The translations under genes and the position numbers were made by a program. This document shows, piece after piece, positions 1 through 8,316 of a stretch of 64,000 bases of DNA (positions are counted from its first letter, which is position 1; the number at the start of each line of letters is the position of its first letter). The DNA comes from Candidatus Versatilivorator sp. (GTDB lineage: Bacteria > Acidobacteriota > Terriglobia > Versatilivoradales > Versatilivoraceae), in assembly GCA_965207735.1 (NCBI GenBank), contig OZ242296.1:3616001-3680000 (forward strand), given 5' to 3'. Below the pieces are notes generated by a model. That model saw only the letters and a program-made list of their open reading frames with translations. It made no database searches and had not been told where the DNA came from.

Positions 1-129
1 GGCAGTCGGCTCCAGGTCAATCCCTCCAACTGTGTGCACTGCAAGACCTGCGACATCATGGATCCCTACCAGGTGATCACCTGGGTCCCCCCGGAGGGCG
101 GCGGCGGCCCCAACTACCTGAACCTCTGA
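1..129 (+). CDS. C-terminal fragment of electron transfer flavoprotein-quinone oxidoreductase (4Fe-4S domain), 5' truncated
   Basis: Manual translation [42 protein letters not shown] contains the [16 protein letters not shown]...PEGGGGP.Y signature. Confidence 0.9.
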   Translation, partial: GSRLQVNPSNCVHCKTCDIMDPYQVITWVPPEGGGGPNYLNL

Positions 130-148
130 GACGGGTCGCCCTCGCTAT

Positions 149-1207
149 TCACTCGATCAACATGCAGTCGCCGTAGCTGTAAAAGCGATAGTCCATCTTC
201 AGGGCTTCCCGATAGGCCTCGAGGACGAGGTCGCGTCCGGCGAAGGCGCAGACCAGCATGAGCAGTGTGGAGCCCGGCAGGTGGAAGTTGGTCAGCAAGG
301 CTCCCACCCGGCGAAAGCGGAAGCCCGGATAGATGAACAGGTCGGTTTCCCCGCGAAGTTGGGGGTCCGTCTCCCGGAAGGCCGATTCCAGAACACGAGT
401 CACGGTGGTGCCCACGGCCACGATGCGCTGCCCCGAGGAATTGGCCGTCGAGATGGCCCGGGCGGCCTCGGGTGTCATTTCAAAGGGCTCGGTTTCCATG
501 CGGTGGTCCTCGATGCGATGGCTGACCACCGGCCGGAAGGTGCCCAGACCCACGTGCAACGTCACCTCGCAACGGGCAATCCCCTTGCGGCTCAAGTCGG
601 CGAAGACCTGGCGGGTGAAGTGTAGACCGGCAGTCGGAGCCGCCACGGCGCCGCGCTTGCGGGCGTACACCGTCTGGTAGCGGTCGCGGTCCCGGCTCTC
701 GTCGGGCCGGCGAATATAAGGAGGCAGGGGGACGTGGCCCAACCGGTCCAGGATGGCATCGAAGTCGCCCTGGTATTGGAAGCGCAACACGCGCAGGCCC
801 CGTTCGCCCCGACCCGCAACCAGGGCCTGCAGTTGGCCGCCGCCGAACAGCAGGCGCTCGCCGACCCGAATCCTGCGACCCGGTTTGACCAGCGCTTCCC
901 AGGTGTCCGGTCCCATGGGTCTCACCAGCAGCACTTCGATGGGGGCTTTCAGCACCCCTCCCGGGGGTGGCTTGTCGCTGGTCAGTCCGGCGCGGTTTCC
1001 GATCAGGCGGGCCGGGAACACCTTGGTGTCGTTCAGAACCAGCAGATCCCTGGGGCTCAGCAGGTCAGGCAGCTCGGCGAATCGGTGGTGGGAAATCCGG
1101 CCGGTGGCTCGAACCAGTCGCAACAGGCGGGACTGGTCACGCTGTTCAGGGGGGTAGAGAGCAATCCTGTCGCTGGGCAGCGGGTATTCGAACTCGGAAC
1201 GTTGCAT
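149..1207 (-). CDS. queA: S-adenosylmethionine:tRNA ribosyltransferase-isomerase
   Basis: MQRSEFEYPLP start; VLNDTKVFPARL, AAPTAGLHFT, TNFHLPGSTL and YRFYSYGD motifs. Confidence 0.95.
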   Translation of the reverse strand: MQRSEFEYPLPSDRIALYPPEQRDQSRLLRLVRATGRISHHRFAELPDLLSPRDLLVLNDTKVFPARLIGNRAGLTSDKPPPGGVLKAPIEVLLVRPMGPDTWEALVKPGRRIRVGERLLFGGGQLQALVAGRGERGLRVLRFQYQGDFDAILDRLGHVPLPPYIRRPDESRDRDRYQTVYARKRGAVAAPTAGLHFTRQVFADLSRKGIARCEVTLHVGLGTFRPVVSHRIEDHRMETEPFEMTPEAARAISTANSSGQRIVAVGTTVTRVLESAFRETDPQLRGETDLFIYPGFRFRRVGALLTNFHLPGSTLLMLVCAFAGRDLVLEAYREALKMDYRFYSYGDCMLIE

Positions 1208-1220
1208 CCTCGTAGTGAAT

Positions 1221-1249
1221 CCAGCGACCTGGTGAGAAATGCGGGTTAA
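1221..1249. repeat. Solitary right end of the CCCGCATTTCTCACCAGG MITE family
   Basis: CCAGCGACCTGGTGAGAAATGCGGG is identical to 18404-18428 and is followed by TTAA, which overlaps the BlaI-like stop codon. Confidence 0.85.
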
Positions 1250-1707
1250 AGCAGGTGTTCGTTCAATTGAGGCCCGGGCTCGGCCTTGGCGTTCGGTCGG
1301 GACAGGGCGGGTACGGGTTGCGCCGGCGTCCCTGTGAGAAAAACCGTCAACTGTTCGGCCGATCCGTCGAACCAGGTCCGGACCATTTCCGCAACCGCCC
1401 GACGACGCGACTCCTCGAAGGAGCATCGGGGGAGATAGTGGTGGGCCTTGCCGCGCCGGGTTCGGGCCAGGAACCCCTTCCGGGTCAATCGGTCCATGAC
1501 CGTCAGGACGGTGGTGTAGGCCAGGGGGTGGCTGGGCTGGAGGGCCTGATGGACGTCCCGCACGGTGCGCGCTCCCTCGAACCAGAGAGCCTTCATGCAT
1601 TTCAGCTCGGCGCCGGTGAGCTTCCCGGTCGCCCGGGAGTCGGAATCGGCCGAAACGAGCCCCGCCCCGGCGGCGGCTTGAGTCTTCCGGTCTGGACGGT
1701 TCATCAT
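1246..1707 (-). CDS. BlaI/MecI/CopY-family transcriptional regulator
   Basis: LTGAELKCMKALW..TVRDV..LAYTTVLTVMDRLTRKGFLAR..GKAHHY winged HTH; ATGA overlap with the upstream HD gene stop. Confidence 0.85.
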   Translation of the reverse strand: MMNRPDRKTQAAAGAGLVSADSDSRATGKLTGAELKCMKALWFEGARTVRDVHQALQPSHPLAYTTVLTVMDRLTRKGFLARTRRGKAHHYLPRCSFEESRRRAVAEMVRTWFDGSAEQLTVFLTGTPAQPVPALSRPNAKAEPGPQLNEHLL

Positions 1708-2657
1708 ACTTTCGAGCCTTTGAAGAGTGGGCGCCCGAACATGGGATAGTAGGCGGTCCACTCCGGGTCGGGGTTGGTATCGCCGACAATCAGATCCTGC
1801 ATGGCGGCCAGCTTGCTGTCCAGGTTGTCGAGGCAATGGAGCACCAGCGCCTCGGGAAACATGGGAAGCTTGGGGCTGCCGAACTCGTATTCGCCGTGGT
1901 GCGAGATGATCAGGTGTTGGATCAAGGTCTTGAGCCTGGGAGGAAAATCCTCGATTTCAGCCACCTTCCGGTTGACGATATCCAGTTCCAGAATCATGTG
2001 TCCGAGCAGTTGACCCTCGGTGGTGTAGGCAAAACTGCGGCTGTAGCTCAACTCCTCCGTCTTGCCGATGTCGTGAAGGACGGCTCCGGCCAGGAGAAGG
2101 TCCTGGTCGAGCCCCGGATAGTGTCGAGCCATCGCTTGGCAGAGTTGGCACAGCGACAGGGTGTGTTCGAGCAGGCCGCCCAGCCAGGCGTGATGGAGGG
2201 ACTTGGCGGCGGGCGCCTGTTTGAACTTGAGGGCGAACTCGGAGTCGTTCAACAGGTTTTCCAGAAGCTTCTTGAGGTGGGGATTCTCGATCCGGCCCAC
2301 CAGCGCAAGCAACTCGCCGAACATCTGCTCCACGTCCCTGCTCGTCTTGGGAAAGTAGTCGCCGAAGTCGACTTCTGATTCCTGACAGCGCCGGATTCGA
2401 TGAACGGTGAGCTGCTGCCTGTTGCGAAAGAGCTGAACCAGGCCCCTCACCTTGACGAAGTCGTCCCTGCCGAAAGTGGGCTCGACCTCGGCCACGTTGT
2501 CCCACATCTTGGCGTCCAGGCTGCCGCTCTTGTCGCCCAGCGTCAGGGAGAGGTAGGGCTCGCCCGTCTTCTTGGCGCGGACCTCCTTGACCTTCACCAG
2601 AAAGGTGGTAGTGATGACTTTGTTGGGCTCGAGGTCGCTGATAAAAAGGTCTTTCAT
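1704..2657 (-). CDS. yhaM: OB-fold + HD-domain 3'-5' exoribonuclease (YhaM/Cbf1 family)
   Basis: N-terminal OB fold (YLSLTLGDKSG..DAKMWD), PAAKSLHHA..GGLLEH, LHDIGK, H.IISHHG.YEFGSP. Confidence 0.88.
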   Translation of the reverse strand: MKDLFISDLEPNKVITTTFLVKVKEVRAKKTGEPYLSLTLGDKSGSLDAKMWDNVAEVEPTFGRDDFVKVRGLVQLFRNRQQLTVHRIRRCQESEVDFGDYFPKTSRDVEQMFGELLALVGRIENPHLKKLLENLLNDSEFALKFKQAPAAKSLHHAWLGGLLEHTLSLCQLCQAMARHYPGLDQDLLLAGAVLHDIGKTEELSYSRSFAYTTEGQLLGHMILELDIVNRKVAEIEDFPPRLKTLIQHLIISHHGEYEFGSPKLPMFPEALVLHCLDNLDSKLAAMQDLIVGDTNPDPEWTAYYPMFGRPLFKGSKV

Positions 2658-2855
2658 GCCGCTGCGTCCGTTTTCAAGGCATGGGCCGGCCCGCCTTGGA
2701 TCTCGGCCCCGGAGAACTCCCGGCTTTCCTTCCGGCGCGGTCGCCGCCGGCTGAGAGGCGAGAGCCAACGGCCCCTATGGTATACTGAACGGAACTTTCG
2801 ACCGACCCAGCAGGTTGCCCGCCCCAGCTTGAGAGTACTATAGCCAACCCGGCGC

Positions 2856-3509
2856 ATGAAGACAGAAAAAATCTCCGAATTCACCATCAACCGCCTCTCC
2901 ATCTATCTCAGGTGTCTGAATCTGCTGGCCGCATCCGGCGTGACTACCACCTCCTCCCAGGCCCTGGCCGAGCAGTTTCAACTGAACTCGGCCCAGATCC
3001 GCAAGGACTTGACCTATTTTGGCGAATTCGGGGTGCGGGGCGTCGGCTACAACGTGGCGGAGTTGCGGGTCCATCTCAATCAGATCCTGGGGCTGGACAG
3101 GCAGCACAGGATCGGAATTGTGGGGGCCGGCAACCTGGGGATGGCCTTGGCCAACTACCGGGGGTTCGAGCACGAATGTTTTCAGGTTGCCGCTCTGTTC
3201 GACCAGGAGGCCTCCCGCCTGGGGATCACTTCCCGCAGTGGTGTCGTCGTCCACCACATCGACGAGCTCGATGAGGTGGTGGCCCGCGAGCGGATCGTCA
3301 TCGGCGTGGTAGCGGTACCGGCCGAAAACGCCCAGGAGGTGGTCGACCGATTGACCGAGGCCGGAATCAGCGCCATTCTCAACTTTGCGCCGGTGCGTCC
3401 CAATACCCGACCGGGGGTGCAGCTGAAGACCATGGATCTGGCCATTTCCTTCGAGAGCCTGTCCTATTTCCTTTCCGACTCGGGCCTCGCCGGTCCTTCT
3501 CCCTCCTGA
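2856..3509 (+). CDS. rex: Redox-sensing transcriptional repressor Rex
   Basis: RLSIYLR..SS..LA..QIRKDL.YFGEFG.RG.GY; NADH-binding GAGNLG; ILNFAP. Confidence 0.95.
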   Translation: MKTEKISEFTINRLSIYLRCLNLLAASGVTTTSSQALAEQFQLNSAQIRKDLTYFGEFGVRGVGYNVAELRVHLNQILGLDRQHRIGIVGAGNLGMALANYRGFEHECFQVAALFDQEASRLGITSRSGVVVHHIDELDEVVARERIVIGVVAVPAENAQEVVDRLTEAGISAILNFAPVRPNTRPGVQLKTMDLAISFESLSYFLSDSGLAGPSPS

Positions 3510-3667
3510 CCGGGCGCACTTGCCGAGAGTCCCTTGCCCGCACCAATTTGCCATGCGGCTTCCCCCCGCGACCCCCGTTGCTGCGGTTCGGAAAAGTTGC
3601 TAGAATTCAACGGTTTCGACTTCCTTTCAAGCAGTTCCGGCAGGCGAGCGGTCCGTCGCGAGCGCAG

Positions 3668-4444
3668 ATGAGAAAGACTCTGGAGCAGCACCGCAAGGAC
3701 ATCGTCGAGATCGGCAGGCGCATCTACCAGCTCGGCTACGTGGCGGCCTTTGACGGCAACATCAGCGTGCGTTTGGAGAACGGCAACGTGCTGGCCACGC
3801 CCACCGCCATGAGCAAGGGCTTCATGGCGGAAGAGGACCTGGTCATCGTGGACGCCGAAGGGCGGGCCGTGGAGGGCAAACGCAAGGTCTCCTCGGAAAT
3901 CGCCATGCACCTGCTGATCTACGAGCTCCGTTCCGATGTTCAGGCGGTGGTGCACGCCCATCCCCCTTGCGCCACCGGCTACGCCGCCGCCGGCGTCCCC
4001 CTGACCAAGGCCATCCTGGCCGAGGTGGTGCTGGTCCTGGGCTGCATCCCGCTCACCCGTTACGGAACCACCGGGACTTCCGAGCTGACGGATGCCATAC
4101 GGGAGTACGTTCCCCGTCACGACGCCTTGCTGCTGGCCAACCACGGCGTGGTCACCTATGGAAGCGATCTCTTCCTGGCTCACGCCAAGATGGAAACGGT
4201 GGAGCACTTCGCCCGCATCAGCCTCGCCACCAAGGTTCTGGGTCACGAAAGGCTGCTCAGCGGCGAAGATGTGGACAAGCTCCTGGTTGCCCGCGAAAGG
4301 TATGGGATCAAGGGTCCTTCGCCGGTGGGGGAGGGGTGTCCCACGCTGGGCGAGGGAGAGTCCGAGCCAAGGATAACGTTGACCCGGAGCGAACTGGTCG
4401 ATATCATCCAATCGGCGTTGATGTCTCTGCAACAAGGGAGGTAA
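3668..4444 (+). CDS. Class II aldolase/adducin-family protein (FucA-like) with C-terminal putative encapsulation peptide
   Basis: DGNISVR, TPT, SSEIAMH, VVHAHP and LLANHG metal motifs; Gly/Pro linker then amphipathic helix TRSELVDIIQSALMSL. Confidence 0.88.
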   Translation: MRKTLEQHRKDIVEIGRRIYQLGYVAAFDGNISVRLENGNVLATPTAMSKGFMAEEDLVIVDAEGRAVEGKRKVSSEIAMHLLIYELRSDVQAVVHAHPPCATGYAAAGVPLTKAILAEVVLVLGCIPLTRYGTTGTSELTDAIREYVPRHDALLLANHGVVTYGSDLFLAHAKMETVEHFARISLATKVLGHERLLSGEDVDKLLVARERYGIKGPSPVGEGCPTLGEGESEPRITLTRSELVDIIQSALMSLQQGR

Positions 4445-4506
4445 CCCGCATTCACCGGGCTGCGCACTGCTGAAGCGTGCAGCCTCCGGCGAGAAACGCG
4501 GGTTGA
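4441..4506. repeat. Degenerate miniature copy of the CCCGCATTTCTCACC MITE (nested hairpin)
   Basis: TAA-CCCGCATTCACCGGG ... CCGGCGAGAAACGCGGG-TTGA resembles both ends of 18182-18432; internal stem GGCTGCGC/GTGCAGCC. Confidence 0.6.
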
Positions 4507-4619
4507 GGTCTGTTTCCGAGGAGCGACCGGGTGACGGTTCCCGGTGAGCTGGGCGGACTCGGACCGGGTCGTTCGCAGCAACTGGCTTGTCGACAGATCA
4601 CCATGGAAAGGACGAGAAG

Positions 4620-4904
4620 ATGGGCGAAGCTCTAGGAATGATCGAGACGCGGGGGCTGGTAGCCATGATCGAGGCGTCGGACGCCATGGTCAAGGCAGCC
4701 AAGGTGACCCTGGTGGGATGGGAGAAGATCGGGTCCGGGTACGTGACTTCCATCGTGCGCGGGGACGTGGCCGCGGTCAAGGCGGCTACCGACGCCGGGG
4801 CCGCCGCTGCTCGGCGGGTCGGAGAACTGATCAGCGTTCACGTGATCCCCAGGCCCCATGCCAACCTGGAGGAAGTCCTCCCCATCGGCAAAGCGGGGGA
4901 GTAG
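4620..4904 (+). CDS. Bacterial microcompartment hexameric shell protein (BMC-H; EutM/PduA/CcmK-like)
   Basis: [45 protein letters not shown]. Confidence 0.97.
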   Translation: MGEALGMIETRGLVAMIEASDAMVKAAKVTLVGWEKIGSGYVTSIVRGDVAAVKAATDAGAAAARRVGELISVHVIPRPHANLEEVLPIGKAGE

Positions 4905-4963
4905 CCCGATTTGGTTGAGGAAGGCTGGGCCGGGACCAGCGGTCCAGTCCCTGAGGGTGCCCC

Positions 4964-5233
4964 ATGCTTTTGGGTCGGGTTGTTGGAACGGTTGTCGCCA
5001 CTCGCAAGGACCCGCGTCTGGAGGGCAAGAAACTGCTCGTCGTCCGGACCATCGATCCCTCCGGCAAGGATCTGGCTGGTTACCTGGTGGCCGTGGATAC
5101 CGTGAGCGCCGGCTTCAAGGAAAAAGTACTGTTGGTCTCCGGGAGTTCCGCCCGCATGGCCGGGGACTGCAAGGATTGTCCGGTGGACACGGCGATCGTC
5201 GGCATTGTCGACTCGGTGGAAGTGAGTACTTAG
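4964..5233 (+). CDS. BMC pentameric vertex protein (EutN/CcmL family) 1
   Basis: M.LGRVVGTVVATRK..L.G.KLL..VAVDTVSAG..PVDTAIVGIVD. Confidence 0.95.
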   Translation: MLLGRVVGTVVATRKDPRLEGKKLLVVRTIDPSGKDLAGYLVAVDTVSAGFKEKVLLVSGSSARMAGDCKDCPVDTAIVGIVDSVEVST

Positions 5234-5245
5234 GGAGACGCTGGA

Positions 5246-5515
5246 ATGCAACTGGGTCGGGTGGTCGGACAAGTGGTGGCCACCCGCAAGGACGACGCGC
5301 TCGAGGGCAAGACGCTGCTGCTGATTCAGCCCCTGGACAAACAGGGGCGAGACCGGGGCAGGACCCTGGTCGGAGTGGACGCGGTCGGCGCGGGCGCAGG
5401 AGAGACCATCTACTGGTGCCGCGGCCGGGAAGCCTCCCTGGCTTGGCATCCCCATCATGTCGTGCCGACGGAATGCGCCATCGTCGGCATCGTCGACTCG
5501 GTAACCATCGGTTGA
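5246..5515 (+). CDS. BMC pentameric vertex protein (EutN/CcmL family) 2
   Basis: MQLGRVVGQVVATRK..VGVDAVGAG.GE..GREA..IVGIVD. Confidence 0.95.
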   Translation: MQLGRVVGQVVATRKDDALEGKTLLLIQPLDKQGRDRGRTLVGVDAVGAGAGETIYWCRGREASLAWHPHHVVPTECAIVGIVDSVTIG

Positions 5516-5540
5516 TTCCTGAAGCGGTGGTCCAGCCACC

Positions 5541-5813
5541 ATGCTGATTGGTAAAGTCATCGGCAAAGTCGTCGCCACCCGCAAGCATGCCTCCCATGAG
5601 GGACAGAAGATTCTGTATGTCCAGATACTCAATCTGGACGGCAGCGAGAGGGGCTCGCCCCACCTGGCGGTGGATGCGGCGGATGCCGGGGTGGGAGACG
5701 ACGTACTGATCGCCCAGGAGGGGTGGTCCGCCATGACGTCGGTGGGGAAGCCCTACTCGCCCATCGACATGGCCGTGGTCGGCGTCATCGATCAGGTGCA
5801 TCTGTCGGAATAG
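5541..5813 (+). CDS. BMC pentameric vertex protein (EutN/CcmL family) 3
   Basis: MLIGKVIGKVVATRK..AVDAADAGVGD.V..EG..PIDMAVVGVID. Confidence 0.95.
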   Translation: MLIGKVIGKVVATRKHASHEGQKILYVQILNLDGSERGSPHLAVDAADAGVGDDVLIAQEGWSAMTSVGKPYSPIDMAVVGVIDQVHLSE

Positions 5814-5838
5814 TCTCACCAGGGTTGCCGGACCCCCC

Positions 5839-6450
5839 ATGATCGCTCACCTCTCGGGCACGCTCCTTTCCAGGGAACCCCAGCTGGTCGTTATCGATGT
5901 CAACGGCGTAGGCTACGAGGTCCACGTCCCTCTCTCCACCTTTTACGAGGTGGGGGAGGTCGGGTCCTCGGTACGGTTGCGCATACACACCCACGTTCGC
6001 GAGGACACCTTCCAGCTGTTCGGCTTCAAGAGCCTGCAGGAGAAGTCGGCCTTTGAGCACCTGACCTCGGTTTCCGGCGTCGGCCCCAGGCTGGCCCTGA
6101 CCATTCTTTCGGGGATGAGCGTGGAAGAGCTGATCCCGGCCATCCGCCAGAGCAATTCGGCCCGGCTGTGTCTGATCCCGGGGGTGGGGAAGAAGACCGC
6201 CGAGCGGCTGGTGGTGGAGCTCAGGGACAAGCTGGCCCGCACCGCCCCGGATGAACCCCGCACCCCGCAGGTCACCGGGACTGCCTCCCTGCAGGAGGAC
6301 GTGGTCTCGGCCCTGGTGAACCTGGGCTACCCCAAGGCCTTGGCCGCGAGGGCTTTTCAGGAAGCCGCCCGGGAGGCTCCGGCAGAGGAGGGCATGGAGG
6401 TTCTGATCAAGGCGGCCCTGCAGGTCCTCTCCCGACCGAAACGAGGTTAG
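5839..6450 (+). CDS. ruvA: Holliday junction branch migration protein RuvA
   Basis: DVNGVGYEV, HVRED..LFGF, VSGVGPRLA, IPGVGKKTAERL, ALVNLGY. Confidence 0.97.
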   Translation: MIAHLSGTLLSREPQLVVIDVNGVGYEVHVPLSTFYEVGEVGSSVRLRIHTHVREDTFQLFGFKSLQEKSAFEHLTSVSGVGPRLALTILSGMSVEELIPAIRQSNSARLCLIPGVGKKTAERLVVELRDKLARTAPDEPRTPQVTGTASLQEDVVSALVNLGYPKALAARAFQEAAREAPAEEGMEVLIKAALQVLSRPKRG

Positions 6451-6451
6451 G

Positions 6452-6491
6452 CGGGCCCCGCCGTGCCGAGCGGATCATTTGAGAGTGAAAC
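6452..6491 (-). repeat. Inverted fragment of the 3' part of the 47.1-47.9 kb tandem repeat unit
   Basis: CGGGCCCCGCCGTGCCGAGCGGATCATTTGAGAGTGAAAC matches the reverse complement of unit 2 (GTTTCACTCCCGTATGATCCGCCCGGCAGGGCGGGGGCCCG). Confidence 0.7.
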
Positions 6492-6493
6492 GT

Positions 6494-6615
6494 TAGCGGA
6501 GGGGTTCGGGAACAGGCAAGATCTGGTTGCCTTTTAGAGGACAGCGCGGAGAGCGACAAGATGCTGAACGCATCGATCGAATCACTATCCACCGACCACT
6601 ATCCACTATTCACTC
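6494..6615. repeat. ~125-bp interspersed repeat with CACTATC-like heptamer tail (copy A)
   Basis: Colinear similarity to 11899-12030 (TAGCGGAG..CGGGA.CAGGCAAG..CTGGTTGC..AGGAC.GCGC.GAGA..ACAAG..AACGCAT.GATCGAATCACTATCCAC). Confidence 0.85.
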
Positions 6616-6695
6616 GCCGCGGCCCCTCCGGTTGAATGGCTTCCGATCATTGTGCTACCGTTGGGGTTTCCTTTCCCGCCGTTCCGAATCTCTCT

Positions 6696-7715
6696 ATGGA
6701 CCAGGATCGAATCATTTCGGGGGCTCCCTTCGAGGAGGAGCAGAGCTACGAGCTCAGCCTGCGCCCCAAGGTTCTGCAGGAGTATATAGGCCAGACCCAG
6801 GTCAAGCAGAACCTGGAGATCTCGGTGGCGGCGGCCCGCTCCCGCGGCGAGGCCCTGGACCACGTGCTGCTCTACGGTCCACCCGGCTTGGGAAAGACCA
6901 CCCTGGCCGCTGTCATCGCCAACGAGCTGGGAGTGGGGCTGAAGACCACCACCGGGCCCATCATTCAGATCAAGGGAGACTTGACGGCCATTCTCACCAA
7001 CCTGCAGGCCAACGACGTGCTGTTCATCGACGAGATTCACCGCCTGCTGCCTCAGATCGAGGAGATCCTCTATCCGGCCCTGGAGGACTTCAAGCTGGAT
7101 CTGATCATCGGCCAGGGGCCCAGCGCCAGAAGCGTGGCGCTCAATCTCCCCCCCTTTACGCTGGTGGGCGCCACCACCCGGGCAGGGCTGATCTCCTCTC
7201 CGCTGAGATCCCGCTTCGGCATCGTGCACCGGCTCGACTACTACACCGAGGAGGAGCTGGGGGTGATCGTGAAACGCTCGGCCGAAATCCTGGGCATCCG
7301 GATCGATGCGGCGGGAACCAGGGAAATCGCCGCCCGGTCGCGCGGCACGCCCCGGGTGGGCAACCGCCTGCTCCGCAGGGTCCGCGACTACGCCCAGGTG
7401 AAGGCCGACGGGGCCATCGACCGGGAGGTGGCTCGCCGGAGCCTGGCCATGCTGGCTATCGACGACACCGGATTTGACGAGAACGACAAGAAGCTGATCA
7501 AGACCATTATCGAGAAATTCTCCGGCGGACCGGTCGGGGTGGCCACCCTGGCGGCTGCCATCAGCGAGGAAGTGGACGCCATCGAGGACATCTACGAGCC
7601 CTATCTGATTCAGCGGGGCCTGCTGCAACGCACTCCCCGAGGCCGGATGGCCACCAAACTGGCCTACGAACACTTCGGTCTGACCCCCACGCCCGGCCAA
7701 CTCCCCCTGCTGTGA
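6696..7715 (+). CDS. ruvB: Holliday junction DNA helicase RuvB
   Basis: [48 protein letters not shown]. Confidence 0.98.
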   Translation: MDQDRIISGAPFEEEQSYELSLRPKVLQEYIGQTQVKQNLEISVAAARSRGEALDHVLLYGPPGLGKTTLAAVIANELGVGLKTTTGPIIQIKGDLTAILTNLQANDVLFIDEIHRLLPQIEEILYPALEDFKLDLIIGQGPSARSVALNLPPFTLVGATTRAGLISSPLRSRFGIVHRLDYYTEEELGVIVKRSAEILGIRIDAAGTREIAARSRGTPRVGNRLLRRVRDYAQVKADGAIDREVARRSLAMLAIDDTGFDENDKKLIKTIIEKFSGGPVGVATLAAAISEEVDAIEDIYEPYLIQRGLLQRTPRGRMATKLAYEHFGLTPTPGQLPLL

Positions 7716-7754
7716 ATGCACCGGCTGATTTGGCGAAAGCAAAAAAGGCAAAGA

Positions 7755-7770
7755 TGAATACATATATTCA
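7755..7770. promoter_or_regulatory. Putative autoregulatory operator of the TA module (TGAATA-N4-TATTCA)
   Basis: AT-rich palindrome ~25 bp upstream of the RHH antitoxin start. Confidence 0.5.
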
Positions 7771-7793
7771 GCAGACTGCGGAGGACCGGCGAC

Positions 7794-8021
7794 ATGGCGA
7801 CTTCGATTCGACTTGCTCCGGAAACCGAGCAACGGCTTGATTTTCTGGCCTCGCGGACCGGGCGCACCAAGGCCTTCTACCTGCGTGAGATGATTGAGCG
7901 TGGCCTAGAGGATATGGAGGACTACTACCTTGCCGCGGAGGTGCTGGAGCGCCTTCGTCGAGGCACGGAGAAAGTATACTCCTCCGCTGACGTGAGGAAT
8001 GACCTCAACCTGGACGATTGA
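7794..8021 (+). CDS. RHH (CopG/RelB-like) antitoxin
   Basis: MATSIRL..E.EQRLD.LA..TGRTKAFYLRE.IE..LED.EDYYLA; overlaps a RelE-type gene. Confidence 0.85.
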   Translation: MATSIRLAPETEQRLDFLASRTGRTKAFYLREMIERGLEDMEDYYLAAEVLERLRRGTEKVYSSADVRNDLNLDD

Positions 8022-8270
8022 GTACACCGCAACCGCTCGAACCCAGCTTGCAAGCTCGACAGGCGGATGGCTCGACGCATTGTCGATACCATGAACGAGC
8101 GGGTTGCTGGACTGGAGAACCCCCGGAGCCTGGGCACGGCGCTGACCGGGCCAATGGGCGATTTGTGGCGTTATCGGGTAGGAGATTGCCGGGTGATCTG
8201 CGACATTCAAGACGATGGTTTGCGTGTCCTGGTGGTGAGGGTCGGTAGTCGCGACAAGGTGTACCGGTAA
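7999..8270 (+). pseudogene. RelE/StbE-family toxin, frameshifted near 8049
   Basis: One frame gives MTSTWTIEYTATARTQL, a second frame continues KLDRRMARRIVD..NPRSLG.ALTG..LWRYRVGD.RVICDI..VRVG.R..VY; one base is missing at cag ctt gc aag. Confidence 0.75.
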
Positions 8271-8316
8271 AGGGGTTGGGTGGCGGTGAGTCGTAGCCTG
8301 CAAATGGAACCCTACC

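Noticed and set aside
1208-1789. 194-aa N-terminal extension of QueA in the ORF track
   Set aside because: It overlaps the BlaI-like gene in another frame; QueA homology begins at 1207
3510-3667. Rex operator upstream of the BMC locus
   Set aside because: No convincing TTGTGAA-N4-TTCACAA-like palindrome seen here or upstream of the respiratory operon
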